Part shown: piece by piece, positions 31,129 to 42,515 of the stretch | Numbering within the stretch: the first letter of the stretch is position 1 | Layout: the number at the start of each line of letters is the position of its first letter | Assembly: GCA_052279835.1 (NCBI GenBank) | Contig: CP181291.1 | Coordinates: forward strand, 992,001 to 1,056,000 | DNA from: Microcoleus sp. | GTDB taxonomy: Bacteria > Cyanobacteriota > Cyanobacteriia > Cyanobacteriales > Microcoleaceae | Direction: 5' to 3' | DNA length: 64,000 bases | The notes under the pieces: generated by a model | Told to the model about the DNA's origin: nothing | Databases searched by the model: none | What the model saw: the letters and a program-made list of their open reading frames with translations, nothing else | Position numbers and translations under genes: made by a program

Positions 31129-31800
31129 ATGGCATTTGAATTTGACCATCTGTTTATCTTTACTGACATAGGCGCTAGTGAAGCCGATCGCCTCATCTCA
31201 TGGGGTTTAACGGAGGGAGCCTCTAGAATACATCGCGGACAAGGCACCGCCAATCGCAGTTTCTTTTTCCACAACGCCATGCTGGAATTGTTGTGGGTTC
31301 ACGCTCCCGAAGAGGCGAAATCCGCACAAATTCATCGCACTCGTCTTTGGGAGCGATGGACAAATCGGCAGAATTATGCCTGTCCGTTTGGGATTTGTTT
31401 GCGTCCTACCAGCGTTTCTGGCGATCGCATTGCATTTCCCAGTTGGGACTATCATCCACCTTATTTGCCGGAAACAATCAGTATTGCAGTAGCAACAAAT
31501 AGTGATATGTTAACCGAGCCAATGCTGTTCCAGATCCCATTTGGTAAACGTCCCGATCGATTCCCTGCCGAAAAAGCGCAGCCTCTAGAGCATCCTATTG
31601 GTTGGCGCGAAATCACTCGTGTCGAGTTAGTTAGTCCTGTAGCAAATAGTCGATCGCCAGAATTGCAAGCTGTACTTGATACCAAACAAATCAAGCTAAG
31701 TATGGGAACTGATTATTGCATTGAGCTTGGATTTGATGGAGAAGTACAGGGCCAGCAGATAGATTTGAGACCGGGATTGCCACTACTTTTAAGTTGGTAG
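31129..31800 (+). CDS. VOC/glyoxalase-like family protein
   Basis: FDHLFI, H.GQGTAN..FFF.N.MLELLW. Confidence 0.8.
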   Translation: MAFEFDHLFIFTDIGASEADRLISWGLTEGASRIHRGQGTANRSFFFHNAMLELLWVHAPEEAKSAQIHRTRLWERWTNRQNYACPFGICLRPTSVSGDRIAFPSWDYHPPYLPETISIAVATNSDMLTEPMLFQIPFGKRPDRFPAEKAQPLEHPIGWREITRVELVSPVANSRSPELQAVLDTKQIKLSMGTDYCIELGFDGEVQGQQIDLRPGLPLLLSW

Positions 31801-31880
31801 TAGATTTTAATTAAAAGTCTGATTATAAGATAACTAACTAAACACAGGTACACTAGATAGCGTGCCTGTGTCAGTCCTAG

Positions 31881-33053
31881 TTAAGCAAACTTAATCTTCA
31901 AATAATCATCCTCCATCTTCGCCCCGGAAGGTTGCAGCGCAGCTAAAGCTTGCGGCAATACCAAATTGCGACGGTGATTCCCAATCCGAACGTTCAACTC
32001 ATCTCCGGTTTTGCTCAACTGAATCTGATTCTTAGCAATTCCCGGCAAATACAGTTCCAGACTGTATTGATTGTTTTCTTGTACAATCTTAATCGTATTT
32101 TCTTTGTAATAAACTTGACTGGGGTCTTCGTCTTTGTAAAGGGTTTCTTTCAACCTTTCCAAAGCTGCCAAACCGCACATTTCTTCGGAATAAAGCGGCA
32201 CTTCTTTAACTGGAAGTGGCATGAAATCAGAGTGAATTTCCTGACGGTACTGCTCCTGGCTTTCTTTCCAGCGTTTGAAAAATGGGTCAGTTACTTCAGC
32301 GGGAATAATCCGGTTGGCTACGACTAAATCTGTGGCTACATTGTACAAACTCAAATAGGCATGAGCGCGCAAAGATTCTTTAATTACCATTTTTTCAGGA
32401 TTGGTAACTAACCTGACAGAAGTTACAGCATTGTCTGTTAAAATCTTTTCCAAAGCTTCAATTTGTTCGTAAAATTCATAAGGTGCATCCATCACCTCTT
32501 TATCTGGCAAAGAAAAACCGGCAATTGGTCTAAAAATCGGTTCCACTAAAGGTCTCAGGGCTGCGGATATCCCTTGGAGTGGCTTGTAAAATTTTCTCAT
32601 GTACCAGCCGCCAACTTCCGGCAAACTTAGCAGTCTCAATGCTGTACCAGTGGGAGCAGAATCGATAATTAAAACATCAAATTCCCCTTCGTCGTAATGC
32701 CGTTTCATGCGCACTAAACCGAAGATTTCATCCATTCCGGGCAGGATGGCTAATTCTTCAGCTTGCACGCCTTCGAGTCCCTGGGCGCGCAACACTTGAG
32801 TAATGTAGCGCTTAACTGCTCCCCAATTCCCTTCTAATTCCCTGAGAGCGTCTAATTCTGCTCCCCACAAATTCGGTTTTACCAGTCGCGAATCGTGTCC
32901 GAGTTCCATGTCGAAGCTGTCGGCTAAGGAGTGGGCGGGATCGGTGCTCAGCACTAGGGTTTTGTATCCCAATTCGGCGCATCGCAGCCCTGTGGCGGCG
33001 GCTACGGATGTTTTACCGACGCCGCCTTTTCCGGTCATTAATATTAAGCGCAT
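31881..33053 (-). CDS. ArsA/GET3/TRC40 family ATPase with C-terminal HSP20-like domain
   Basis: [22 protein letters not shown]. Confidence 0.92.
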   Translation of the reverse strand: MRLILMTGKGGVGKTSVAAATGLRCAELGYKTLVLSTDPAHSLADSFDMELGHDSRLVKPNLWGAELDALRELEGNWGAVKRYITQVLRAQGLEGVQAEELAILPGMDEIFGLVRMKRHYDEGEFDVLIIDSAPTGTALRLLSLPEVGGWYMRKFYKPLQGISAALRPLVEPIFRPIAGFSLPDKEVMDAPYEFYEQIEALEKILTDNAVTSVRLVTNPEKMVIKESLRAHAYLSLYNVATDLVVANRIIPAEVTDPFFKRWKESQEQYRQEIHSDFMPLPVKEVPLYSEEMCGLAALERLKETLYKDEDPSQVYYKENTIKIVQENNQYSLELYLPGIAKNQIQLSKTGDELNVRIGNHRRNLVLPQALAALQPSGAKMEDDYLKIKFA

Positions 33054-33446
33054 TGATTGTTTAGCTCGCCTGAAAGTTCTTTACTCCTATATTGTAACGT
33101 TATGTAACAGAGATTAATTTAGTGGCGGATTTAATTTGGGCGACAACTAGCCGCACAGAGGCAGAAACCGGGTTTTTTACCAAAATACTGCATCGCAGCC
33201 TTTAAATAAAATGAAAAACCCGGTTTCTTTGGTATCTATGCGTCCAGGGCTAATACAGCACATTTCCACTGATGCACTAAATCTGTGCGATGTCAATAGA
33301 GAGTTGAGTTTAAAGGGCGATCGCACTTAATTTGTAGGTGTTCAAAAAGGGCGATCGCACTTAATGCTTGTTCAATAAAAGGCGACATGATATAATATCA
33401 ATTAGCAACTCTATTTCCACCAACTTTAAAATAGGAGTATTCACCC

Positions 33447-33776
33447 ATGCAACTGGAAGACTATTTTGACTTTCAGCGGCCCGATGATATTCGGGTCAAA
33501 GGGACGCGAATCGGGATTGAAACTATCCTATATGATTTCATTCATCGCGCTCGCACTCCCGAACAAATTGCTCAAATTTATCCATCTCTTAACTTGGAAC
33601 AAGTCTATGCTACTATCCTTTACTATCTGCACAATAAAGAGGCCGTTAGTAACTACATTGCTGATTGGTTGGAGTGGAGTCATCAGCAACTTAAAGCACA
33701 AGAACTTAATCCATCCCCTTCTGCTATCCGCCTGAGAAAACTAAGAGCAGAAAGAGAGGTTATTCAGAAAGTATAA
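33447..33776 (+). CDS. DUF433 antitoxin-like protein
   Basis: DIRVKGTRIGIETI, TPEQIA..YPSL.LEQVYA; AGGAG RBS. Confidence 0.88.
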   Translation: MQLEDYFDFQRPDDIRVKGTRIGIETILYDFIHRARTPEQIAQIYPSLNLEQVYATILYYLHNKEAVSNYIADWLEWSHQQLKAQELNPSPSAIRLRKLRAEREVIQKV

Positions 33777-34156
33777 TGCCTTTAAAATATCTGCTGGATG
33801 AAAATGTAGACCCGATCTACAAAGTGGGATTAAGTAAAAATGAGTCCGATCTAATCGTTTGGGCTGTGGGTGAACCTCACTGTCCCCGCAGAGGTACTTT
33901 AGATCCAGAAATTTTACTTTGGTGTCAGGAGTATAATTTTATATTGGTGACCAATAACCGTAAATCTATGCCTGTCCACTTGGTGGATCACATCAACGAA
34001 AGTCGTCATATACCAGGAATTTTTCTTCTCAATGTTAAGTTAACCGTGGGGCAAAATATTGATGAGTTGATTTTCTTAGCACAGGTATCTTTTGAAGGTG
34101 AATATCAAGACCAAATTATTCATTTGCCCCATAGTTATGTTTTAGGAGTGCAATAG
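33776..34156 (+). CDS. DUF5615 PIN-like toxin
   Basis: YLLDEN, GTLDPEIL.WC, LVTNNR; TAATG overlap. Confidence 0.85.
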   Translation: MPLKYLLDENVDPIYKVGLSKNESDLIVWAVGEPHCPRRGTLDPEILLWCQEYNFILVTNNRKSMPVHLVDHINESRHIPGIFLLNVKLTVGQNIDELIFLAQVSFEGEYQDQIIHLPHSYVLGVQ

Positions 34157-34310
34157 TAGATTGCCCTAAAGCATAAGAATTGAGAAACCGGGTTTTTCAG
34201 AAATATCTGGTTTGGAGCTAAAGCAGCGATCGCAACGCATTTAGTCCTTGACAAAAATATCCTTTTCAGTTACGATAAAACTTAATACTAAATATTTTAA
34301 TTTATGCCCG

Positions 34311-34733
34311 ATGAAACAAACAAATTTGCATGAATTAAATGAACAAGTTTTGTTAGAGGAAACTCAGCCTCTAGCAATAGAGTATAATGGGCGATTAGTT
34401 GGTTATTTTTATCCAGTTAGTGCAATGCCAAGTGCGATGGAGGAAATCGATCGCACTTTTACAAATTTAGTACAACAATGGCGCAATGAAACTATAGGTA
34501 TTTCCTCCACTACAGATTTAGTCATGCACCCTGCTTACCAACAAATTATTAGGATGGGTTCAGTAGTAATTCCTCTGTTATTAAGGGAAGTGGAAAGAAA
34601 GTCGGGGCGTTGGTTTTGGGCTTTGTCTGAAATTACTGGAGAAGATCCAGTACCTTTAGAAAAACGGGGTAAAACTAAAGAGATGACTCAGTTATGGTTA
34701 GAGTGGGGGAAAGCAAAAGGTTACAAATGGTAG
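34311..34733 (+). CDS. Hypothetical protein
   Basis: QW..ET..ISS...MHPAYQQII.MG...WFWAL..ITG; overlaps the next gene. Confidence 0.7.
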   Translation: MKQTNLHELNEQVLLEETQPLAIEYNGRLVGYFYPVSAMPSAMEEIDRTFTNLVQQWRNETIGISSTTDLVMHPAYQQIIRMGSVVIPLLLREVERKSGRWFWALSEITGEDPVPLEKRGKTKEMTQLWLEWGKAKGYKW

Positions 34734-35197
34734 GAAATAACGCTTGGATGCAAAGTATTAAAGAATGGATTTCACAAAATCATCCTAATTTAGTAACAAC
34801 GGGATATAAAATTACCAGTTCAGACACAACTGATTATAATTGTATTGCTTGGGCTGCTGGAAATACAGAAGAATGGTGGTGGCCAGATGCCAAAGGTGGA
34901 GACTATTGGCCACCTAATATACCGCGAGAGGAATCTCTGACTGCTTTTATTATGGCTTATCAAACTTTAGGGTATGAAGTCTGTGAAAATGCTTTGCTGG
35001 AAACTGGTTTTGAAAAGATAGCGATTTATGTTTTAGATGGAAAACCTCAACACGCCTCCCGACAACTTCCTAATGGGAAGTGGACTAGCAAATTAGGTCA
35101 GTATGAGGATATAGAACATAATTATTTAGAGGGTTTAGAAGGTAGTATATATGGTGAAGTTTCTTATAAGCTTCCAGGAAATATTGGAGAAACTTAG
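34727..35197 (+). CDS. Hypothetical protein (YNCIAWA/WTSKLG family); C-terminus probably replaced
   Basis: DYNCIAWAAG, WWWP, HASRQ, WTSKLG..EDIEH. Confidence 0.7.
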   Translation: MVGNNAWMQSIKEWISQNHPNLVTTGYKITSSDTTDYNCIAWAAGNTEEWWWPDAKGGDYWPPNIPREESLTAFIMAYQTLGYEVCENALLETGFEKIAIYVLDGKPQHASRQLPNGKWTSKLGQYEDIEHNYLEGLEGSIYGEVSYKLPGNIGET

Positions 35198-35770
35198 GGG
35201 CTAAAGCTACAGGTAAAATCTCCCGCATCACAATCACTTGCGGCAAATGTAAATCTTCCCCTTCTGCTAATTGATAGGCAATCCCTAACCCATCACAAGC
35301 ATTAAAAATTGCCAACTTTAAACCATTATTTATAGCTTTTTTGAGATGATTTTTAATTTCATCAATTGTCAATGTATCTTGAGAATTAATTTGAATCTTG
35401 CCAATCCTTCCATCATTCTCTGTCTTTCCATGACCTGCAAAAAATAAAATATCCCACCTTTTTTTCCATAAAGGTTCATCTAGATCGCGCCGTTGAGGTT
35501 CTTTTAACCAACAAATTTCGGCATCTGGAATTAATTGCTTAATGACATCTTCATCCGCATCAGTTCCCGCATTGTCTCCCAAAATGACTAAAATTTTAAC
35601 TTTCTCTTTTTTCTCTGAATTGCCTAAATTTTTAACTTGTTTAAACTTAGGAGAAGCTAAAACGACTTCTGCGCTAGGAATATGCTCTAATAAATTCCAT
35701 TCACACCAAGGTAAACGTCGCAACCGAGGAAACTTATCTCATGTCAAACAACCACTATTGCGCTGTGCAT
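35160..35770 (-). pseudogene. CHAT-domain protein fragment
   Basis: RRLPW.EWNL, WDILFFAGHG, LAIFNACDGLG, VIVMRE; no credible start; collides with the convergent gene. Confidence 0.7.
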
Positions 35771-35782
35771 GGAAACCATAGA

Positions 35783-36016
35783 ATGAGAACAGAATCCTTT
35801 CGGGTTTTACAGACGTTTGGACTTGAGTATCCCAACTATAAAATGCTGGCTCAAGCCAAGAGTGGCAATCGCTATATTGTGTTGTATCCTGACAGTCTTG
35901 GGATAGATGTAGGTCAAGAAGTCCTGATTGATTTCAATGACGATTCTTGGCGCACTATTGATAATCCGAGAAATGGTCGAAAGTCTGATATTGCAAAGGT
36001 TAGTAAGGTCAATTAG
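35783..36016 (+). CDS. Hypothetical protein
   Basis: 77-aa ORF followed by a terminator-like hairpin. Confidence 0.5.
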   Translation: MRTESFRVLQTFGLEYPNYKMLAQAKSGNRYIVLYPDSLGIDVGQEVLIDFNDDSWRTIDNPRNGRKSDIAKVSKVN

Positions 36017-36059
36017 CAGAAAAAAAGGAGTTATTCAACAGTGAAATACCACTGTTGAT

Positions 36060-36085
36060 ATCGACCTGTTACGGGTCGATTTTTT
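36060..36085 (+). terminator. Rho-independent terminator
   Basis: ATCGACC-TGTTACG-GGTCGAT followed by a T tract. Confidence 0.6.
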
Positions 36086-36107
36086 ATTGCTAAAAAACGC
36101 ATAATCG

Positions 36108-36500
36108 TCAAACATTAGTTTTCGCAGGAAATACCAATTGTTTGAGCACATCCAACCGCGAACAGTCCCAGTAATCGATGTGAGAAACAATTAAACCATC
36201 GGGATTGACTTTCAGTTCGCTCCTGCCACTAATTGCCATTTTCGGTCGCCAAGGTAGCGGTGCGAACCAACTCAGGGTCCAGCGAGTTTCTATGCTATCT
36301 CCAGACTGCGAAATATCGTGCAAATCTAGATTTATATCCTGAAAAAAAGTCCCCATAAACCCGATCATTTTGCGGTAGAGATCGACTCCTGTAAATCTAT
36401 TCACCGGGTCTTCAAAATAAACATCCTGGGCATAAATGCTGTAAGTCTGATTTTCAGGAAATCTTTGATAATCATCTTTGAGAATTTCAATAATGTCCAT
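36108..36500 (-). CDS. DUF2358 (SnoaL/NTF2-like) protein
   Basis: QTYSIYA.DVYF.DP, TRWTLSW..PLPWRP, HIDYW. Confidence 0.85.
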   Translation of the reverse strand: MDIIEILKDDYQRFPENQTYSIYAQDVYFEDPVNRFTGVDLYRKMIGFMGTFFQDINLDLHDISQSGDSIETRWTLSWFAPLPWRPKMAISGRSELKVNPDGLIVSHIDYWDCSRLDVLKQLVFPAKTNV

Positions 36501-36634
36501 TGCGGGCGATCGCCATTCTATGATTATTAGATAATTTTAACACATTCAATAAAAAATCCGCAATTTTAGTCCAAATTATGATATAATATTCGTTTATTTA
36601 CTACCTTCCCAACTTAGAACTTAACATCAGAACT

Positions 36635-37249
36635 ATGATTGAACTCTACACTTTTACCACACCCAACGGTCGCAAAGTCTCCATCATGCTCGAAGAAATA
36701 GGCTTACCCTACAACCTGCACGTCATAGACATTAGAAAAAACGACCAATTTAGCCCAGAATTCATCGCCATCAACCCGAATAGCAAAATTCCTGCTATAG
36801 TCGATCGCGATAACGGCATCACCGTCTTCGAGTCTGGCGCAATCCTGATTTATCTTGCTGAAAAAAGTGGCAGATTCCTACCCACAGACAAACATAAATA
36901 CTTTCAAGTCATGGAATGGTTGATGTTTCAAATGGCAAGCGTCGGGCCAATGTTCGGTCAACTCAACCACTTCAAACGCTTTGCACCAGAACCAATTCCC
37001 TATGCAATTCAACGCTACGAAAAAGAAACCCTGCGACTGTATGGAGTATTAGACAATCAACTAGCAAAATACGAGTACATCTGCGGCGACTATTCAATTG
37101 CCGATATTGCTACCTATCCCTGGGTGGCCATTTATGAATTTCAAGGATTAACCCTAGACAATCACCCCCATCTCAAACGTTGGGTAGAAACCTTGCAACA
37201 ACGTCCCGCAGTACAGCGCGGCATGGCAATTCCGGCTGCACAAAAATAG
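36635..37249 (+). CDS. Glutathione S-transferase (YfcG-like)
   Basis: TPNG.K, NPNSKIPAI, FESGAIL.YLAEK, YSIADIA. Confidence 0.92.
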   Translation: MIELYTFTTPNGRKVSIMLEEIGLPYNLHVIDIRKNDQFSPEFIAINPNSKIPAIVDRDNGITVFESGAILIYLAEKSGRFLPTDKHKYFQVMEWLMFQMASVGPMFGQLNHFKRFAPEPIPYAIQRYEKETLRLYGVLDNQLAKYEYICGDYSIADIATYPWVAIYEFQGLTLDNHPHLKRWVETLQQRPAVQRGMAIPAAQK

Positions 37250-37348
37250 GAATTTTTCAACCGCAAATCTGCGTTTGAAAAAATGCCCTCAAACTCAATC
37301 CGGTAGCATCGGAATTAATATTACTCACAGTCAGGACACGGCAGTGCC

Positions 37349-37525
37349 CAAAGCGTGTCAACTTAAGGTAAAACCGATAGTCCGACAGGGGTTGAAACCC
37401 CTGTCTCAAAGCGAAAGTCCTCTAAAGAGGACTGAAGAACTCATTAGTCCTCTTAAGAGGACTTTCGCTATTAGACAGGGACTTCAGTCCCTGGCGGGAT
37501 TTCAGGCTTAAGTTGACACGCTTTG
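37349..37525. mobile_element. 177-bp MITE with perfect 19-bp TIRs and 9-bp target-site duplication
   Basis: CAAAGCGTGTCAACTTAAG ... CTTAAGTTGACACGCTTTG, flanked by GGCAGTGCC at 37340-37348 and 37526-37534. Confidence 0.88.
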
Positions 37526-37596
37526 GGCAGTGCCGTGTCCCCCTACAATTAATCAGGGTAGGGACACAACACTGTTGTGTCCTCTTCCTCTGTTGC

Positions 37597-39021
37597 TCAA
37601 TCCGCGAAATGCTTAATAATTGCATCCGCAAACTCCGAACACTTTAACTCTGGCACCGGCGGTTCCATCAACCGGGCTAAATCATAGGTAACTTCACCAT
37701 TAGAAATAGCCGCACCCAAACCCTTCTTAATCAAGTCTGCCGCTTCCTGCCATCCCATATATTCTAACATCATCACCCCAGACAAAATCAGGGAACCGGG
37801 ATTAACTTTATCCAAACCAGCGTGTTTCGGTGCAGTGCCGTGAGTGGCCTCAAAAACTGCACATTCATCGCCAATATTAGCACCGGGACCCATGCCCAAT
37901 CCGCCGACAATTGCAGCAGCAGCATCGGACAAATAATCGCCGTTCAAATTCATTGTCGCCAAAATCGAATATTCGCCGGGTCGAGTTTGAATTTGTTGGA
38001 AAATGCTGTCAGCAATTCTGTCATTGACCATGATTTTATCTTTCCACTTGCCACCGCCGTGACTATCCCAAATAGTTGCTAAAACATCAGCGACTTCTTG
38101 AGTTATTTTGGCTTGTTTTTCGGGAGTCAAAGCATCAAATCCGGGGTCTATTTGGCGGGCATTGTCTTCTAAGCTAAGGTCAGGATTTTTTTCTTTGTTC
38201 CCCAGAATCCAAGACTCTCTTTCGGTGACGCACTGGGCGCGAAATTCGGTGGTAGCTAATTCGTAACCCCAATCTCGGAATGCTCCTTCGGTGTATTTCA
38301 TGATGTTGCCTTTGTGCACCAAAGTTACTTGCTGCTTTTCTTTTGGCAACCGCAAAGCGTGGGTAATGGCGCGCCGTACTAAGCGCTGAGAACCTGTTTT
38401 GCTAATGGGTTTAATGCCGATTCCAGAATCGAGGCGAATTTGTTTTTTGCCGTGTTCTGGTGTGGCGGGAATTAACTCATTATTGAGGTATTCAATTAGT
38501 TTTTTGCCGATTTCGCTATCTTTTGCCCATTCAATTCCGAGGTAAATATCCTCTGTATTTTCCCGGTAAATAATGACGTCTAGCAGTTCGGGAGTTTTGT
38601 GTAATGATGGGGTTCCATCATAATATTTGCAGGGGCGCACGCAGGCGTAAAGGTCAAAAATTTGCCGCAAAGCTACGTTGAGCGATCGAATTCCACCACC
38701 TATGGGGGTTGTCAGGGGGCCTTTGATGGCGACGCCGTATTCTTTGATGGCATCTAGGGAATCTTGTGGTAAATATTGGTAAGTACCGTAGACATCACAG
38801 GCTTCGTCGCCTACATAGATTTTAAACCAGTTGATTTTGCGATCGCCGCCGTAGGCCATTTCTACAGCAGCATCCATGACTTTCTGGGATGCTGGCCACA
38901 AGTCCACACCCGTACCGTCACCGCGAATGAAAGGAACGATTGGGTCATTGGGGACGACGGGCAAACCGTCTTTGAATGTAATTTTAGAACCAGTTGTCGG
39001 GGCTACAATCTTTTCGTACAT
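37597..39021 (-). CDS. icd: NADP-dependent isocitrate dehydrogenase
   Basis: [42 protein letters not shown]. Confidence 0.97.
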   Translation of the reverse strand: MYEKIVAPTTGSKITFKDGLPVVPNDPIVPFIRGDGTGVDLWPASQKVMDAAVEMAYGGDRKINWFKIYVGDEACDVYGTYQYLPQDSLDAIKEYGVAIKGPLTTPIGGGIRSLNVALRQIFDLYACVRPCKYYDGTPSLHKTPELLDVIIYRENTEDIYLGIEWAKDSEIGKKLIEYLNNELIPATPEHGKKQIRLDSGIGIKPISKTGSQRLVRRAITHALRLPKEKQQVTLVHKGNIMKYTEGAFRDWGYELATTEFRAQCVTERESWILGNKEKNPDLSLEDNARQIDPGFDALTPEKQAKITQEVADVLATIWDSHGGGKWKDKIMVNDRIADSIFQQIQTRPGEYSILATMNLNGDYLSDAAAAIVGGLGMGPGANIGDECAVFEATHGTAPKHAGLDKVNPGSLILSGVMMLEYMGWQEAADLIKKGLGAAISNGEVTYDLARLMEPPVPELKCSEFADAIIKHFAD

Positions 39022-39309
39022 ATCTTAACAATGCGGATAGCAATTCTTCCTATTTTGCCACGATTGTCTGTCTAAATTTCAATAAATTATAAATAATTAT
39101 CTAATTTTTGAATATTGGATATGCTGCTGTATCTATCGTAACCAAATTGGGATTATAAGTAGAAAGAAGAAGGAAGAGGGAAGAAGGAAGAAGGAATAGC
39201 GGAATATTTTCAATTGCTAAAACCATAGATTTTATTGCATCTTCCTTCTTCTGATGCACGCAGATAAACGCAGATTCTTTTTTGATGATGCCTGCATTTA
39301 TCTGTGATT

Positions 39310-39915
39310 CTATTCTTTTTGCATATTTTTTTTCACAGCCCACAAAATAAACCAGATGACAATAATCACCACAACTATTTTGGAAACAGGAGCGAGATAT
39401 TCATCTACAAGTGTATAATTTTCCCCTAGTTTATATCCGGCAAAAGTGAGGAAACTCACCCATAAAACAGTGCCACCTGTTGAGTAGAGTAAAAACGGAA
39501 TTAAAGGCATATTGTTGATGCCAGCGGGCAGGGAAATCAGGGTGCGCACTCCGGGAACAAGGCGACACAAAAATACGGCTTTGTTGCCGTGTCTGTTAAA
39601 CCATCTATTTGCTTTGTCAATATCAGCACCTGATACAGTTATCCACTTGCCGTATTTATCTGCTAAATTCCTCAAGCGTTCTTCGCTCAATAATTTACCG
39701 GCATAGTACCACGGAAGTGCCCCTAGAACTGTACCGATGACTCCGGCTGCGATGGCTGGTGCTAACTGCATCTCGTTACCCTTCGATGCTGTGAATCCTG
39801 CCAGTGGCATAATCAATTCTGAGGGTATGGGCGGGAACAGGTTTTCCAAAAACATTAATAATGCAATGCCCAGATAACCCATGGACTGCATTGTGTTAGT
39901 GATCCATTCAACCAT
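39310..39915 (-). CDS. DedA family protein
   Basis: LENLFPPIPSELIMPLAGF, RLVPGVRTLISLPAG. Confidence 0.9.
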   Translation of the reverse strand: MVEWITNTMQSMGYLGIALLMFLENLFPPIPSELIMPLAGFTASKGNEMQLAPAIAAGVIGTVLGALPWYYAGKLLSEERLRNLADKYGKWITVSGADIDKANRWFNRHGNKAVFLCRLVPGVRTLISLPAGINNMPLIPFLLYSTGGTVLWVSFLTFAGYKLGENYTLVDEYLAPVSKIVVVIIVIWFILWAVKKNMQKE

Positions 39916-39992
39916 TTTGATTTAATAATTTGCTAAGAAAGAAGAAGTTATTAGTCAGTAGTCAGTAGTCATTAGTGATGCCCTGCCCTTTG

Positions 39993-40125
39993 CTCGTTCC
40001 TAGGCTCTGCCTGGGAACGCATATCTAGAGGCTCTGCCTCGATTCCGAATACTGGAGGCAGAGCCTCCCTTGATTCATTCCCAGGCAGAGCCTGGGAACG
40101 AGAATTAGCAGAGCCTCGGAACGAG
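39993..40125. repeat. Palindromic dispersed repeat (CTCGTTCC.AGGCTCTGCCTGGGAA...TTCCCAGGCAGAGCCTGGGAACGAG)
   Basis: Nested inverted repeats visible, plus a partial extra right end. Confidence 0.85.
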
Positions 40126-40135
40126 AATACTTTGA

Positions 40136-41413
<1,278 letters not shown>

Positions 41414-41640
41414 TTATGTTATTTCTGACAAATCATTCAACTGTGTTAGTTGTACCAGATTAACCTAGGGAGCCGCAAGTTCCCGGATTGGATGCTGGTG
41501 AGACGCAGACGGGCTAAATGGGGGTTAAATTTGCGATTTTCTAGGCGAATCTACCGAATCTGGCCATAGACCCCATTACTTTCGGTCGTGTTATATTGCT
41601 AGTGCGATCGGCTCCATCGATCGGTCTGAGACCCTCGCCC

Positions 41641-41915
41641 TCAATCTTTTTTGCTGTCGCGGCGTTCTTGAATGATATGAATGATAGAAGGCACAAAAGA
41701 CAACACAATTATTCCCAAAACTATCGGCAATAAATATTTATCCACATCAGGAATTACCCTTCCCAAATAATAACCCATCAGCTTGATGCCAAAGGTCCAC
41801 AAAAACCCACCTGCTAAGTTGTAAGACATAAAAGTTTTGTATTTCATTGCCGCCACCCCCGCAACTATCGGCGCAAAAGTGCGGATAATTGGCATGAATC
41901 GCGCCATGACAACAC
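41641..41915 (-). pseudogene. C-terminal fragment of a DedA/VTT protein
   Basis: ARFMPIIRTFAPIVAG...M.YKTF..YN..GG.LW; N-terminal half absent. Confidence 0.7.
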
Positions 41916-42040
41916 TATCTGCTGGATTAATTGGTCAGGTGGGCGAGTTCCACAGAGCCTAAAAATTAAATAGTTCAAAAAACTCGCCTGACGCACTCTA
42001 AAATTCGATATTACGGATGTGCCGTTGCGTCTAGGACTGT

Positions 42041-42241
42041 TTATCTTCCGCTACCTCGTTCGGGAGCAGAATCTTTATCTGTTTCTGTGGAAGAATTTGG
42101 ATCGGCTTGGGATGTTAACAATTCGGGAACAGATTTGTCTTGAGAAAAAAATGTCTGAGCAATTTGTAGGCTTTGAGCGTTAACTGGAGTGCTGCTCAAT
42201 AACAGACTTGACATTAGGATACAAGAGTAAGTGCGCATCAT
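42041..42241 (-). CDS. patX: PatX/PatS-like signalling peptide precursor
   Basis: 66 aa; N-terminal hydrophobic signal-like segment (..VNA); C-terminus ends exactly PERGSGR. Confidence 0.72.
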   Translation of the reverse strand: MMRTYSCILMSSLLLSSTPVNAQSLQIAQTFFSQDKSVPELLTSQADPNSSTETDKDSAPERGSGR

Positions 42242-42375
42242 AAAGTTCGGTGTTTGTAGTTTCCGCTTCTTGATACGCAGCCTCTGCTCTGATATCAGGG
42301 TAAAAAAAATGCAAGTTTTGCAAAATTACGAATTAATAATCGATGCAATCTGCAAGTTTTTTACGCCTCGGATTT

Positions 42376-42392
42376 AGGGGGTGATACCCCTC
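42376..42392 (-). promoter_or_regulatory. HetR-box-like palindrome GGGG-N5-CCCC
   Basis: Minus strand GAGGGGTATCACCCCCT, ~135 bp upstream of the patX-like start. Confidence 0.5.
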
Positions 42393-42515
42393 ACTGGTGT
42401 CCCCAGAAGTAGGGGCGTCAATTAACTGGCAAAAACCTCACTGGCGTGAGGAATGCTAGAGCGCTAATTGTAAATTTATTTAATTATTCAGATTTCCTTC
42501 ATAATTTATTGCTAA

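Noticed and set aside
37275..37631. ORFs of 78 and 69 aa between GST and icd
   Set aside because: They are translations of the MITE and palindromic repeats
39128..39141. NtcA site upstream of icd
   Set aside because: GTA-N8-AAC is only a partial match to GTA-N8-TAC
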